This document shows, piece by piece, positions 12,643 through 24,557 of a DNA stretch of 64,000 nt. The position numbers and the translations under genes are program-made. The notes under the pieces are model-generated. The model had not been told where the DNA came from and ran no database searches. It was given only the letters and a program-made list of their open reading frames with translations. Position 1 is the first letter of the stretch. Each line of letters starts with the position of its first letter. Source of the DNA: Chrysomallon squamiferum (lineage: Eukaryota; Animalia; Mollusca); the NCBI GenBank assembly GCA_012295275.1, contig CM022679.1, forward strand, positions 23,064,001 to 23,128,000, written 5' to 3'.

Positions 12643-14564
12643 TTACCCAGGAATTTGAAAAGGATGAATACTTTGAGGTGAAGATAGAGAGAGTGTCTGA
12701 GGGAGCTAAGATTGGCCTGGCTAAAAGTGTGGTCACTATCCTCAATGATGATGGTAGGTCCCAGTTTTTTTTCCAAATACATCAAATCTGTCCAGCAAAA
12801 CAGACTATTTCTTTCCCAGCCCTCGTAGATTCCTACCAAAAGAAGACATCTTAAGTCTTTTATAGCATTAAAAAGTCTTAAAATCTAGGTGTTTTGGGTA
12901 TAATCTTGTATTCTGTGTATCTGTGTACATCTCTCTCTCTCTCTCTTTCACTCTCTCTCTCTACATATATATATATATATTTATATATCTAGCTATATCC
13001 ATGAAAGACAAAAACAGAAAGAGGGGAGTGTATGTTTGTGTGTACACATACTTACGTATGCATGTATGTTCGCACGTATGTTTGCACATATGTTTGCACA
13101 TATGTTCTCATTTTAATGCCTGTGAATAATTACCTATATTTATTGCATAACCTATATCTATATCTAGAACTATCTATCTAAAATTATATATATATGAAAG
13201 TTTATATAACTGTTGTATTTATGAACAGAGTTCAAAGGAGTTGTGAGTAGAGTTGTCAATCTTACCAATGCCAACCTGGATGCTCTGAAACTTGACTCAT
13301 CAACCTGGGCTCAGCAGTTTGAGGAGGCCATGAATGTGAATGGAGGAGACCTTGAAACGGCAACAGGTTTCGACTATGTGATGCACTTTCTTACATTTGG
13401 ATGGAAGGTAACAACAGTGTTGATAATGCTACTAACTGTTTACTATCTACTATTGTTTTTGATGATACTGTTGTTGTTGTTGTTATTGTTTTGATAAAGG
13501 GCTTTGAAAGGTATGGACATTGCAAAAGTTTAAATAGCAATGATTTAATAATAATAATAAAATAAATAAAATAAAATAAAAAATGATAAACCTCACACAC
13601 ACACACAATAAAATAAAATAAAAACAAAAGTGTTCTAAATTTGTATTTTTTCTGTATTTTGCAGGTGATTTTCGCAATCATCCCCCCTCCATCCATCTGG
13701 GGAGGCTGGCTGTGTTTCTTTATTGCTCTTCTTATGATTGGCATCCTCACTGCTATTATTGGAGATTTGGCAGCCATTTTCGGTTGTCTGATTGGCCTCA
13801 GGGATGTAGTGACAGCCATTACTTTTGTTGCCTTGGGAACCAGCTTGCCAGACATGTTTGCCAGCAAGCAAGCGGCTACACAAGAGAAGTATGCAGATAA
13901 CTCTATTGGGAATGTAACGGGAAGTAACTCTGTCAACGTCTTCCTGGGACTGGGTCTTCCGTGGGTGATTGCAGCTATTTACTGGGGAGCAAAGGTATTC
14001 TTCTTCTTCTTACTATTATAATATTTTCTCTCTATATGTGTATATATGTATGTAGGTACGTGTGTATGTGCGTGTCTGGTATATACATATATAGGTACTT
14101 GTATGCCCATATAAGTACCTATATTTCCAATGTATGCATTTGTATGTATGTCTGTACATATTTAAACATAAACGTTTTTGTGTACACAAACTTATATTTA
14201 CATCAACTTTTAATTATTCTACAAAGACAGACACCTTTATACTACAAAACTGGGCTTGCTGTTACCGCTGTTTACGTTTCAAGACCAAGCGCTGTATTAT
14301 GTTAACTGTGTCTGTTTACAGGGCAAGACGTTTGAAGTTCAGGCAGGATCTCTTGGCTTCAGTGTCATCTTGTACATCTTCTGCTCCCTGTGTGCTCTAG
14401 GACTGTTAGTTTTACGAAGACGACTTGCTTTCTTTGGCAAAGCTGAACTGGGTGGACCGAAATGGCCCAAAATATTTTCTTCAGTATTTATGGTCACATT
14501 ATGGATTTTCTACGTCATTGTATCTTCATTACAAGCATACGGCCACATCGACGTTGATATTTAG
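1907..14564 (+). CDS. NCX: Sodium/calcium exchanger (SLC8/NCX family), spliced CDS of 10 exons, 2412 nt, ~803 aa: join(1907..2594,7300..7352,8163..8330,10003..10187,10679..10908,12142..12374,12651..12753,13229..13407,13665..13994,14322..14564)
   Basis: alpha-1 repeat ([23 protein letters not shown]), alpha-2 repeat ([34 protein letters not shown]), two Calx-beta domains ([12 protein letters not shown]...[15 protein letters not shown]; [12 protein letters not shown]...[15 protein letters not shown]), C-terminal ELGGPK. All exon phases were checked by hand and are compatible. Confidence 0.95.
5368..5385 (+). CDS. Candidate 18-nt frame-preserving NCX microexon (AMPCPT)
   Basis: Long pyrimidine tract + CCAG|CTATGCCATGTCCCACAG|GTAAAT; phase 1-1 matches the host intron. 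Confidence 0.45.
6703..7113. repeat. Degenerate (TG)n microsatellite with internal ~125-bp duplication
   Basis: TG runs; 'gaatgtttcagaatatat...gtgccagtaatcatgtgtgt' occurs at ~6828 and ~6953. Confidence 0.85.
7300..7352 (+). CDS. NCX: NCX coding exon 2 ([18 protein letters not shown])
   Basis: TCTTTCTAG acceptor, AAG|GTACAG donor; converts phase 1 to phase 0 as required for the next exon. Confidence 0.75.
7425..8158. repeat. Long compound (ATT/ATC/GTT)n trinucleotide microsatellite in an NCX intron
   Basis: Directly visible; the source of the poly-I, poly-L and poly-Y ORFs in the track. Confidence 0.95.
8163..8330 (+). CDS. NCX: NCX coding exon 3 (cytosolic loop, [15 protein letters not shown])
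   Basis: Resembles the NCX 'SRAFYRIQATR.MTG' motif; AG/GT bounded, 168 nt. Confidence 0.9.
10003..10187 (+). CDS. NCX: NCX coding exon 4 (start of Calx-beta 1)
   Basis: AG/GT bounded, phase 0 to 2; [18 protein letters not shown]. Confidence 0.88.
10679..10908 (+). CDS. NCX: NCX coding exon 5 (Calx-beta 1), ends at a GC donor
   Basis: [14 protein letters not shown]...VTILNDD; only G|GCAAGT gives the phase needed by the next exon. Confidence 0.9.
12142..12374 (+). CDS. NCX: NCX coding exon 6 (Calx-beta 2)
   Basis: [19 protein letters not shown]...IEIMDDK; AG/GT bounded. Confidence 0.92.
12651..12753 (+). CDS. NCX: NCX coding exon 7
   Basis: [34 protein letters not shown]; CAG/GT bounded. 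Confidence 0.9.
13229..13407 (+). CDS. NCX: NCX coding exon 8
   Basis: [11 protein letters not shown]...[10 protein letters not shown]...[13 protein letters not shown]. Confidence 0.93.
13665..13994 (+). CDS. NCX: NCX coding exon 9 (alpha-2 repeat)
   Basis: VIFAIIPP...GTSLPD...[18 protein letters not shown]. Confidence 0.95.
14322..14564 (+). CDS. NCX: NCX last coding exon
   Basis: [12 protein letters not shown]...RRR...AELGGPK...[12 protein letters not shown] stop. Confidence 0.93.
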   Translation, partial: GKTFEVQAGSLGFSVILYIFCSLCALGLLVLRRRLAFFGKAELGGPKWPKIFSSVFMVTLWIFYVIVSSLQAYGHIDVDI

Positions 14565-16610
14565 AAACGACTTATTGCAACGTTGTTGATGATGCTAGGT
14601 GACGACGATTATGTGCGACGATGTTTCTGCTGTGATATTTTTAATCATTATATGAAATTTTATTTTGAAAAAAGAAGTTAAGAGATAGCTCTATTTTAAT
14701 TTATTTAAATTATGTCAAAGTAAATTTAAAAAAAAAAAAAATACTACTGATATTTGCTTTGATGTTATAATAAGGCTGTTAGTGATTGTAATAGTAGAGT
14801 ACTAGGCTTAATAATGATGTTCATGATGATATTGATGATAATGATTGTAGGTATTACTACTACTATTATTACTACTAATAATAATATTATAAAAGTAAAT
14901 AAAAACAGTATCAATTACAACACTACTTCTACTAATAAAAATGATGATGGTGTCATATGGAATCTGCATAAAATGTGGGTTTTTATTTAACCGATTATCT
15001 TTTTTATTATTATTTACAAAATAAATTTACTCAAATCTTTTTAAACAAATGTAAATACTTACTTAATTTCAGATTTATAATGATTATTTTATATTATTTT
15101 AATTATGTTATGAAAAACATAAACACCATTAAAAAAATTAAAAATAATATCTAATAAATATTTGTGAAAAAAAAGAAAAGAAAGAAGAACTGAAACACAG
15201 AAGTGTGTTTATGAATTAGTTTAATCCATCAGTTTGTATTTATTGTTTTCCATAAACTAAATAGTGCTCATATGACAATGTAAAGAGGCATTATTTTAAA
15301 AAAAAAACATATGTATATACATATATGTTCGTACACGTTCATACATACATACATACATATATATTTATTTGAGAAAATAAACACACATACACATTCATTA
15401 ATATATGTTTAGATGAATACATATGTACTTACGTACCTACATGCATTAAATACATAAATATTTCCCCAATCCATACATACATACTTACACATATACATTT
15501 TCAAAACAATAAACCAAAACGAAATTATTACCAAAGATTTTATTATTTTTTCACTTTATTCTTAATATTTTTATTATCAGTCTAAATTTTGTGCATAATT
15601 ATTACCAAAATTATATTCTTTTTCACGTTTAATAATTAATAAAAAAAAAACTTTGTTTTTTATTTGTTTTAATAATTAGTAATTAGACGTATTGTAAATT
15701 ATTTAAAATGTTTCATCACCTTGTTTACCATGTATGTTCTAGTTTATTCATTACCTACTTATTTATAATTCTTTAGGTGCACAGTTCATTTCTGTCTGTC
15801 TATGTACTTGTCCATTTTCTAGCACGTTTAATATTTTGTTTACATTGTATTATGATGTTCATTTGTGAAATTTGTCATCTCATAAATTATTGTTACACAT
15901 CGATGTTAATTTTTTTATATTCTCTTGATACCGATAAAATCCAAAGAAACTCAAATGCTAGTTGCGTTTTATAGAATCGTCAGTAATTGGGTATATTCGT
16001 AAAATAATTTCCAAATAAATTATTTAATTTAATTTATAGAAATAAACTTACATAATAATTATACTTTTGAAAGCTAATCGATATACAATTTCTTCGGACG
16101 CAAATTTTTATAATCAGATGACACTAAATACGGATTACCACAAAATATTAATTTTAATATATATATCATAGTTATTCTTTTCCTTACAGTACTAATTACT
16201 TTGTTTTGAAACCAGAATATATAACGTAATGTAATTATTATATAGAAAGGTTGGAACAAAATGCATTATAATCGTTATCAGATGTCGATCCCAGGTAAAG
16301 AATCTGCATATTCAAAATGGCGCTCAAGGCGAAGCATGCGTATTAAACAGCTGTCTATATTTATTCACAAATTCTTCTAGGAATTCGTCTAAGCTGACGC
16401 CACGTAAGCTGATTCTGTTGCATCTGACAAATGACCTAGATGCTTAGGCAGCCTCGTGGTGGCGCGACCTCTGACTGCTGGATGTCCCTGGTGAATATTG
16501 GGTAGTGTGTGTTTTCAGTAACGTCATCGGATAAACAAACGTACTGGGTAACGTGGATTAGTACGCGTAATCAGATAACGCCATCCAATACAACTACTGG
16601 GTATCGCCGT

Positions 16611-16650
16611 CTAGTAAACACGTTGCGAAGCGCAACCTTTATATAGTAGA
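16611..16650 (-). mobile_element. 40-bp Helitron-like micro-element (5'-TC...hairpin...CTAG-3')
   Basis: Minus strand TCTACTATATAAAG-GTTGCG-CTT-CGCAAC-GTGTTTA-CTAG; 5' flank is A, but 3' flank is A rather than the canonical T. Confidence 0.35.
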
Positions 16651-16759
16651 TTGGTTAATGCCGCTTCTGTCTACTTCAATATATCTGACGCAAAATGTTG
16701 TATCTTGTTATATTTCCAAGGTAACAAACTAAGATCAGTATTACATTATACACAGGGTC

Positions 16760-16801
<42 letters not shown>

Positions 16802-17451
16802 GTTTTCTTATCTTTTCTTTCATTTTTTTTTTTTTTTTTTTTTTTTATACTGCTAGTCGTCTAATTTTGATAAAATTAATGTGCATTTTGTTAATAAACT
16901 AGCCAGAAATATATAAAAAAAAAAAAAATAAAATAAAATAAAAACTGTTCTTAGTTGTTTTGTTTTTTTCCGTTTCTAGTCTTATTCATATTTTATGTAA
17001 TAATACAAACTGTATTTTGTAATTAGCTTTAACATCGTATTTATTCGCTCAACATAAATTTCCTGTCAGGGAATATCGAGGGTGCAGACGTCTATTCCAG
17101 AAATTCAGGTTTAGTTTTCATTGGTTCGGCGGAATCATTTCTTCACATGATGTGAAGGATATGCGCCTCATCATTGTCAATTTTGAATTTAAAATATCAA
17201 TAACTTACTTATTTATAATTTTTTAAAAATTATTTTGGTGTTTTTTATGTTTTATTTTTCTTATTTCTTGGCTGATTTAGTTTTTATTTGGTTTTCTTCT
17301 TATTCTCCTCCTTTCGTTTCGTTTTCTACTTTTCTTTTTCTTTTTTTATTCTTCTATCTTCTGTTATCTCGTTGTTTGGGTTGGGTTTTTTTTCTTATTT
17401 TTCCGGTTTCTTATTTGTTTTCTCTTGTTCTTGTTTCTTCTTATTTTTCTC

Positions 17452-17483
<32 letters not shown>

Positions 17484-18592
17484 TGTTTTTTTTTTTTTTT
17501 TTTTTGTCTGTTTGCATGTGTATCTGTATGTTTGAGTGTGGCTATTTATATTTCTATTTCTTAACTATTCCTACCCTGTTAACTACAAAAGGCATTTATT
17601 TTATGTCGTAGGCTATGATAAATAATTATTAAAATTAGAAGCGTCAGCGGAAATGTATCAATAAATTTTAAAAGTTAATTAAACAGGACGCTAATTTAAA
17701 CCATTCCCCAAAGTAATCAACATCGGATTGTGAAAGAACTTAATGCCGATTTATAAAATTAATTTCCGATCAAGAACCATAGATGCATTTTCGGAATACA
17801 CGGTCACTGAATCTTCATACCAAGTTGACCAAACATGACCTCAAAAATAAATAAAAGTAAAATTAAATTTAATGCACTCACCTACAACGTCCGATGGTAG
17901 CACCATATTTCATGTTATTTTACAAGTCCTGCAAAAGCCACGACCTCCCACTTACCTAGCGACTGACAAGTGACGTTATCGCAATTGTTGACGTCACATT
18001 TATAAACTTCCGAACGAAGCGGACCCTAACGACGTCGGAGATCTACGTCACTGGCAATGCTGCCAGGAGACCTGGAGTTCTGTTTTCATTTGATCCATCA
18101 TTATCATCTACGTACACACCACGAATACACGAAAACACAGTGATATATTTAATTCCACATAGGGTGAAAGTGACAGTGTTCTAGGAGAAAAAAGATAAAT
18201 GTACAGGTTTTATATAGTAATATTCTAGTATCAGAGCGTTTCTGTGAGTATGTTATTATTATCTTAAAATATGGTTTACGACACATAGACAGACAAACGC
18301 ACATAAACTACTCGTACCCACCGTTTTATACACATGGACCATTTTGTTATCGAACAATATACAAACTGTTTCCAGGATGATTATTTATTTATTTGCTTAT
18401 ATATTTGCTTATTTATTTATAGATTTAGCAAAGGTGATATGTAATGGCTGCTAGTGACAGGATGGACCTGTGATTTTTTTAAAATTCAAATACAAACCCC
18501 TTCATATATAACAAGTTTAAAAAGATTAATTATTTTTGTTTAATAGAGTGAAAAAGAGTCAAAAATTAATCTTTACACTAACACTTTTCACG

Positions 18593-19171
18593 ATGTACAT
18601 TAATATCACGTTTATTTCAAGTTCTACACAGGGATGTACTCTTTCACCACATGGTAAAAGTAAATTTAATTTTGTGCTCGTCTTTCTTGTGCGTGTAAAC
18701 ATTATAATTATTTCCAAACGATTTCTTAACATCGTTTTCAGTTATTAGGAGCAGTAAAATAATTCATTATAAAGCGTAGCACATTAGCTTTCGATGCGCA
18801 TGTCAGTCTGCGCTTAGCGACAGGTAGTAAATACCAAGCTGTTGCTAGCGCTTGTGGCCAAACCTTCAACATTAACCTTCTCGATATAAAAACGTTATTA
18901 CCCTGAAGAAAATAACGTGCGTACTTGTGACGTTTCCCTTTAAAATGTTCTGTAAAGGTCTTGAAACTTTGCATTGCATCGATAGAATTTTCATTATGCT
19001 TTCATAATTAGATTTTCAAATATTTAATTGGGTCAGACACGTGTTTAGAAACTGTGTACTTCACTAGGAATAGATCGGAAGTTTCGCGTGAATGGGTGGT
19101 GATGAAATTTTATAACTTCTAAAAAAAATATGAATGATTGAATGAATGGATGAACGAACAAAAGGTACGGA
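18593..19171. repeat. tRNA-cluster spacer, copy 1 (near-identical to 24558..25143)
   Basis: Direct alignment by eye; the 78-aa ORFs at 18738 and 24712 differ by one residue. Confidence 0.9.
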
Positions 19172-19223
19172 TGCGTCGGCCGGGAGTCGAACCCGGATCG
19201 ACTGCTTGGAAGGCAACCATGCT
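19172..19223 (-). pseudogene. 3' part (nt 21-72) of a tRNA-Gly(TCC) gene disrupted by a retrotransposon
   Basis: Identical to 25144..25195; abuts the element's poly(A) tail. Confidence 0.93.
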
Positions 19224-19444
19224 TTTTTTTTTTTATCTTTATTAGTATAATCACCAGTTGTACACAATTAAAATAACATTACAGCTGTAAATAACAATAA
19301 CAAAAACTATTTCCTCTCACACACTCAGTCACACTCATTCACACTCACATGCATGCATACTTATTTATTCGGAATATTCATATATATTTACAGTATTTTA
19401 TAGTATTAATTCTTTTATCCATTTCCATGATTTATCTGTATTGA

Positions 19445-22400
19445 TTATTTGTAGCTTTCCAAAGGATATTTGAAAATAAGTATGTCATCTTTTAGTTCTA
19501 GGAAAATATTGTTCTTAACATATTTGTTAATAAAAATTGAAAGTTTGTTTTGAATACGATATTGATTTAGAATGATTTTAAAGCACTGATACATATAATT
19601 TCTAAAAAAAAGTATTATATTGATATTTGTTCCTTTCATTTGAGCTATTACACGCCTTTTGAACACTGTTATTCTATAAATTGAAAGAATAATATTAATA
19701 AATTCTATTGTACTATTTTCAATTTTGAGATAACATCCAAATATTAATAATCTTTTTAATTGTTCTAGAGAAAACCCTGTTTTCTTAAATATATAAATAC
19801 ATATTTCATGAAAGATTGATATTAATTCCTTCAATTCTTCACAATACAAAAATAAATGGCACAAATCTTCATCAGCCTTCAAACACACTGGACATACACT
19901 AGATGAGATTTTGCCATATTTATATAATTTGTTATATGTATATATTATATGATGAACTATTCTAAAATCTAAGTCTATAAATTCAGTAAATTTATCACTA
20001 TAGTGTATCCATTTCCAAACTGGTCTCCAGAATATATTAAAACCAAGCTCATTCCATTTTTCTTCACAAGTTGGTGCTTTAAAGTTTTTTAAAATTAAAA
20101 TAGAATAAATTATTTTAGCTGTAAATTTATTGACATTTATCATTTCATTATTCTGAAACAAAAATAAATCTTTATTAGAAGTTAATTTTTTAGCATTTCT
20201 GTTAATAGCACTTTTCCATTCATCTGGAAGTGATTTCTTAATAACATTGTAAGCTATATAAATTTGGTTTTTGGATAATTCTGGAGATTTTTCATGAATA
20301 ATTTCTACAATAGCTGTAAAAGGAAGAAAACCTGGTATTACTTCATAAGCAATATCAGCCACTTTGACTATTCCACTTTTTATAAAAGAACTAAATAATA
20401 ATAATTTGTTTTTATATTTAATGAATGGATTTTGAAAAAGTGGCTGAGACAATATTTCATCTGTATCAAGTGGGAAATTACGTTCTCCATTATTAACATA
20501 GTCCCAAGCTGATAATATTTCAGCATAAAAAGGATTAATAACTTTTAAAGCTTCTTTACTGTATACTATTTTAAAAATGTCATAATTTAAATTCATATTC
20601 ATATATTTTTCAAGAAATATTGACATTGTATATTTCCACACATTTTTAAAATTATTATCAAAATATTTCTTTAACATTTTTATTCGAAAAGCCATTTTCT
20701 TTAATGAAATATCTTGAATATTTAGTCCACCCGACATTTTATTTCCAATTATTGTTGAATATTTTATTAAAGATGTTTTCCCTTCCCACATAAATTTACA
20801 AAATAATTTATGAATTTCATTTTCTACCCAATTTGGTACATTTATTGTGCTAATGATATACCACAGTCTAGATGTTAATAAAGTATTCCATACTTCAGCT
20901 TTTCCGTGCAAAGTAAGTTTCCTTTGACTCCATAAGTTAATTAGATTAGACATTTTAGCTAATTTATTTTTCCAGTTCAAAGTTTCACATAATAGTTTAT
21001 TTGGTCCTAAATATATACCTAGAATTTTAACATAGTTTTTATTTATTGATATTGGAATGTTAAAGGATAAGTTTTCAATCATGGTTTTACCAAGATAAAG
21101 TACTTCTGACTTATCTACATTGACTTTTGCCCCTGTAGCACTACAATACATATTTATTGTATTAAAAACATTTTCTACTGACTGAGCATCACAGACAGTT
21201 ACTGTAGTATCATCTGCATGCTGAAATAATAAAGAATTAAGTTCATTTGTTATCTTAATTCCATTCATGCTATGTCTTTTTTTTTAAAAATTATTTAAGG
21301 GTTCAGCTACAATAACATAAAGCATCATTGATATTGGACATCCTTGTCTAACCCCTCTTGTAATATTAAAAAAAGGTGTTAAATGTCCATTAATTTTTAC
21401 ACAACTTTTAATATTATTATATAGTATTTTAATCCACTTTATAAAATTATCACCAAAATTGAATTTTTTCAAAACTTTTAAAATAAAACTATGTGATACT
21501 CTATCAAATGCTTTCTCTTGATCTATTTTAACTATATACCCTTCTGTATTATTTAACTCGACAATATCTATAATATCTCTTACTGACATAATATTGTCAG
21601 CAATATCTCTTCCTTTTACACAACAGGTTTGTTCTGATGAAATAATAGTTGACATTACTTGTTTAAGACGATTTGCAAGAACTTTAGCAATAATTTTATA
21701 ATCTACATTTAAAAGGCTGATAGGTCTGAAATTTTTTAGGTCTGCTTTATCTCCTTTTTTCTTGTAAAATAAACTAATTACTCCTTTTTTCATACTGCGT
21801 GACAACATTTCTTCTTTCTGAATTGACATAACTACTTTATGAAAGAAATTTTTAAAATTTTCCCAGAATTTAACATAAAATTCTACTGTTAGACCATCCA
21901 GACCAGGTGATTTATTTCTATTCATTTCTTTTAAAGCTTCAGTTAATTCTTCAATTGTAATGTCTTTCTCACAGTTTTCACTTTCAGATTCTTTTAGTTT
22001 ATTTGATATTAAATTTATTATTTCTTCCTGTTTAATAATATCTACATTTTCTTGCGTAAATAATTTTGAATAAAAGTCATAAGCATATTGTAATATATCT
22101 TCTGTTTTTCTTGTTAATCCATTTACTGTTTTTAGCTCTTTAATAGAATTTGATTCTTGTTTTGATTTTTTCTAAACTGAGAAAAAAATGTGGTATTTCT
22201 ATCCATATCTAGATTCCAATGAGCTTTAGATCTCAAAATAGCACCATTACATTTAGATCTCTCAATTAATTTTAATTTTTTTTCTTCTAAAATTTGTATG
22301 TTACTCAAATCATGATGATTATTTACAGCTAGTTTAGCATATTCTCTTTTCAAAGCATTTTGTATATTATAATATTTTTTCGTTATCTGATTTTCTCTTT

Positions 22401-23338
22401 TTATTGCAAAATTTCTTGCACATGTTTTCATTTTATATTTTAAGTTGTCCCACCAAACACTAGGTTCAGTCTGTAACAAAGGACACTCAGAAGCATTATT
22501 AATAACTTCAATAATAGCTTTACAAAAAAATTCATCTTTCAACAATTCATTATTAAAGATCCAAATACCTTGACCTCTCTCTACATGAGAAAAATCTATT
22601 TTAAGTGATAAAAAATTGTGATCACTAACCGAGGTATAGGATATGTATACATTACTTATAAACTGCAATAAATTTCTAGAAATTAAGAATAAATCAATTC
22701 TTGACTGTTTTATAGTTTTTTTCAACTATTTGAGATCTAGTAAATTGCCTTTTATCTGGATTTCTGTGTCGCCAAATATCAACTAAATTATAATTAAAAA
22801 TAACTGACTGTAATTCATTACTACTTTTTTTTATATTGAAAGTTTTATTATTAATGCCCAAATCTAAATTAGGATCTAAAATGTCATTAAAATCTCCTGC
22901 CATTATTGTATTTTTTAAATCCACAAATTTACATAATCCTTTAAAAAATAAAATTCTTTCTTCAATATTATTTGGTGCATATACATTTATAAAACTGTAT
23001 TCTTCTTCATCTATTTTCGTATTAATTTTTAAAATCCTGCCTTCAGTGTCGCAACTATTAAATGTAAACTTATAAGGACATTCTTTTGATACCAGTATTG
23101 CTACACCCCTTCTTTTTTTATTTGGACAATTATTATAAAATATATTTCCTTCCCATAAATGTTTATATCTCTCAATGAAGTCATTATCCCAAAATGTTTC
23201 CTGTAGAAAAATAATATTTGCATGTTTACTTTTAAATGTTGCAAAAACTGAATTTAATTTCTCAATATCTCTCAGTCCGTTTACATTTATAGACAAGATC
23301 ATAGTTAGAAGTAGAAAAATTAGTGAACTATTACCCAT
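19445..23338 (-). CDS. Retrotransposon ORF2 (apurinic-like endonuclease + reverse transcriptase + C-terminal zinc finger), broken by homopolymer frameshifts
   Basis: APE: SINVNGLRD, IIFLQET, GVAIL, INVYAPN, GDFN, DIWR, SRIDLFL, SDH. RT: KSPGLDGLTVEFY, NFRPISLLNVDYKI, DQEKAFDRVSH, RGVRQGCPIS, QHADD. C-terminus: CPVC...EDLCHLFLYC. Confidence 0.93.
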
Positions 23339-23350
23339 TTTTAAAATATT

Positions 23351-24507
23351 CTATATCTTGTCTATATCCTCCCCATACTCATTCATTACCCTGGCAACAC
23401 TTTCTCTCACACTTTTCATGTGTGCTGCTTGTCTCTTTTTTTTTTTTTCTATTTTCTACCAAGCTCCACAGTTTTCTTCTGATGGACGCTTGATCAATCT
23501 CGTTCGACGCTTTGTTTTACTCTGCTTACTATTTTTCTGCTTCGATGGTTCCAGCTTCCTTGTTAGTAATTTTCACTTTGGTGTTTTTATCAGGGGATTT
23601 TCTTGGTTTTCTCCATTTTCTGATTTTTGTTGTTCCTTGTTGATTTCCATTTCTGTTGTATTTATCCTCTGGATACTTTCTGCTTCAATTTCTTTTTCTC
23701 CTTTGATTTTACATTATATTCCATACCATCACTGTCACTGTCGCTGTTTTTTGTTCATCGCTGTCATACTCTGACCAACACTCACATTCATCCTCTTTGT
23801 TTCCACACTTTTCACACAGAAATATGTTCGGGCAGTTTCTAGCAAAATGTCCTTTTGTTTACAGTTATGACACCTTATATTTGGACAGTCTTTCAACAAA
23901 TGATTATCCGCCATGCAGTTGTAACATACTTTTATTTGATTGTCATGTAAAACACGAAAATATTTTATTCCTTCATAAGTCCTAAATTTCATTGAGTATG
24001 GTAAACTTTTTTATTCCGGGTGGAAATTTCACTCTCACGTATCTTGTTCCATCTGCAATTTTTGTCCCTTTGTATAGCCTTCTATAAATTGGTGATAAAA
24101 TTTCTATTTCCATTTGTTTCAATTTTTCTTCAATTTCTTCATCTTCAATGTAGGCAGGCAAGTGCAAAAAGGAAACTACTACAGTTTCAGATTTCAAAAT
24201 TCTCGCCTTTATTTTTTAGACCTTTCAATTCTGTTTCATCAATTTCCGTAATCATTCTCGCTTGTATAATATCTTCTAGTGTTATTTCATAAGAGTCGGA
24301 TTCTTTCGGTACGCACGCTTTTATCACATCACCCACCTGGCCACTTACAAAATCTATCATGTCGCCTGCTGAAATTTTCTTGTTATCTTCTACATTTACA
24401 ATCACAGTGCATTCTTTTTTAAAAACATTTTTTCTCATTCCTTCTTTTTTTAAATTCATATCTTTCATCTTTTCTTCGTAATTTTCTGATTCTTCCGCCC
24501 AAGACAT
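23351..24507 (-). CDS. Retrotransposon ORF1 (gag-like, CCHC zinc knuckles), broken by frameshifts
   Basis: MSWAEESE start; VVVSFLHLPAYIEDEEI, ADGTRYVRVKFP, (K)SLPYSMKF after a 1-nt correction, CYNCMADNHLLKDC and CHNCKQKGHFARNC (1-nt correction); stop TAG ~12 nt before the ORF2 ATG. Confidence 0.85.
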
Positions 24508-24542
24508 AATACTTAGTTTACAAAACAAAATGTGAAACCTTC

Positions 24543-24554
24543 CACCACCGACGC
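24543..24554 (-). pseudogene. 5' part (nt 1-12, GCGTCGGTGGTG) of the disrupted tRNA-Gly(TCC)
   Basis: Exact match to 25204..25215, directly at the element's 5' junction. Confidence 0.8.
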
Positions 24555-24557
24555 CAC

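Larger units (their letters stand above)
19224..24542 (-). mobile_element. Apparently full-length Tx1-clade (L1 group) non-LTR retrotransposon inserted in tRNA-Gly(TCC)
   Basis: ORF1 with CCHC knuckles, ORF2 APE-RT-zinc finger, 210-nt 3'UTR, AATAAA (19238-19243) 3 nt before a 12-nt poly(A); flanked by the two halves of the tRNA. Confidence 0.93.

Noticed and set aside
18738-18974. 78-aa ORF duplicated at 24712..24948
   Set aside because: Lies within the duplicated tRNA spacer; no recognisable domain or splice signals; conservation is explained by recent duplication.
23175-23774. 199-aa plus-strand ORF
   Set aside because: Antisense to the purine-rich ORF1 C-terminus and ORF2 start of the retrotransposon.
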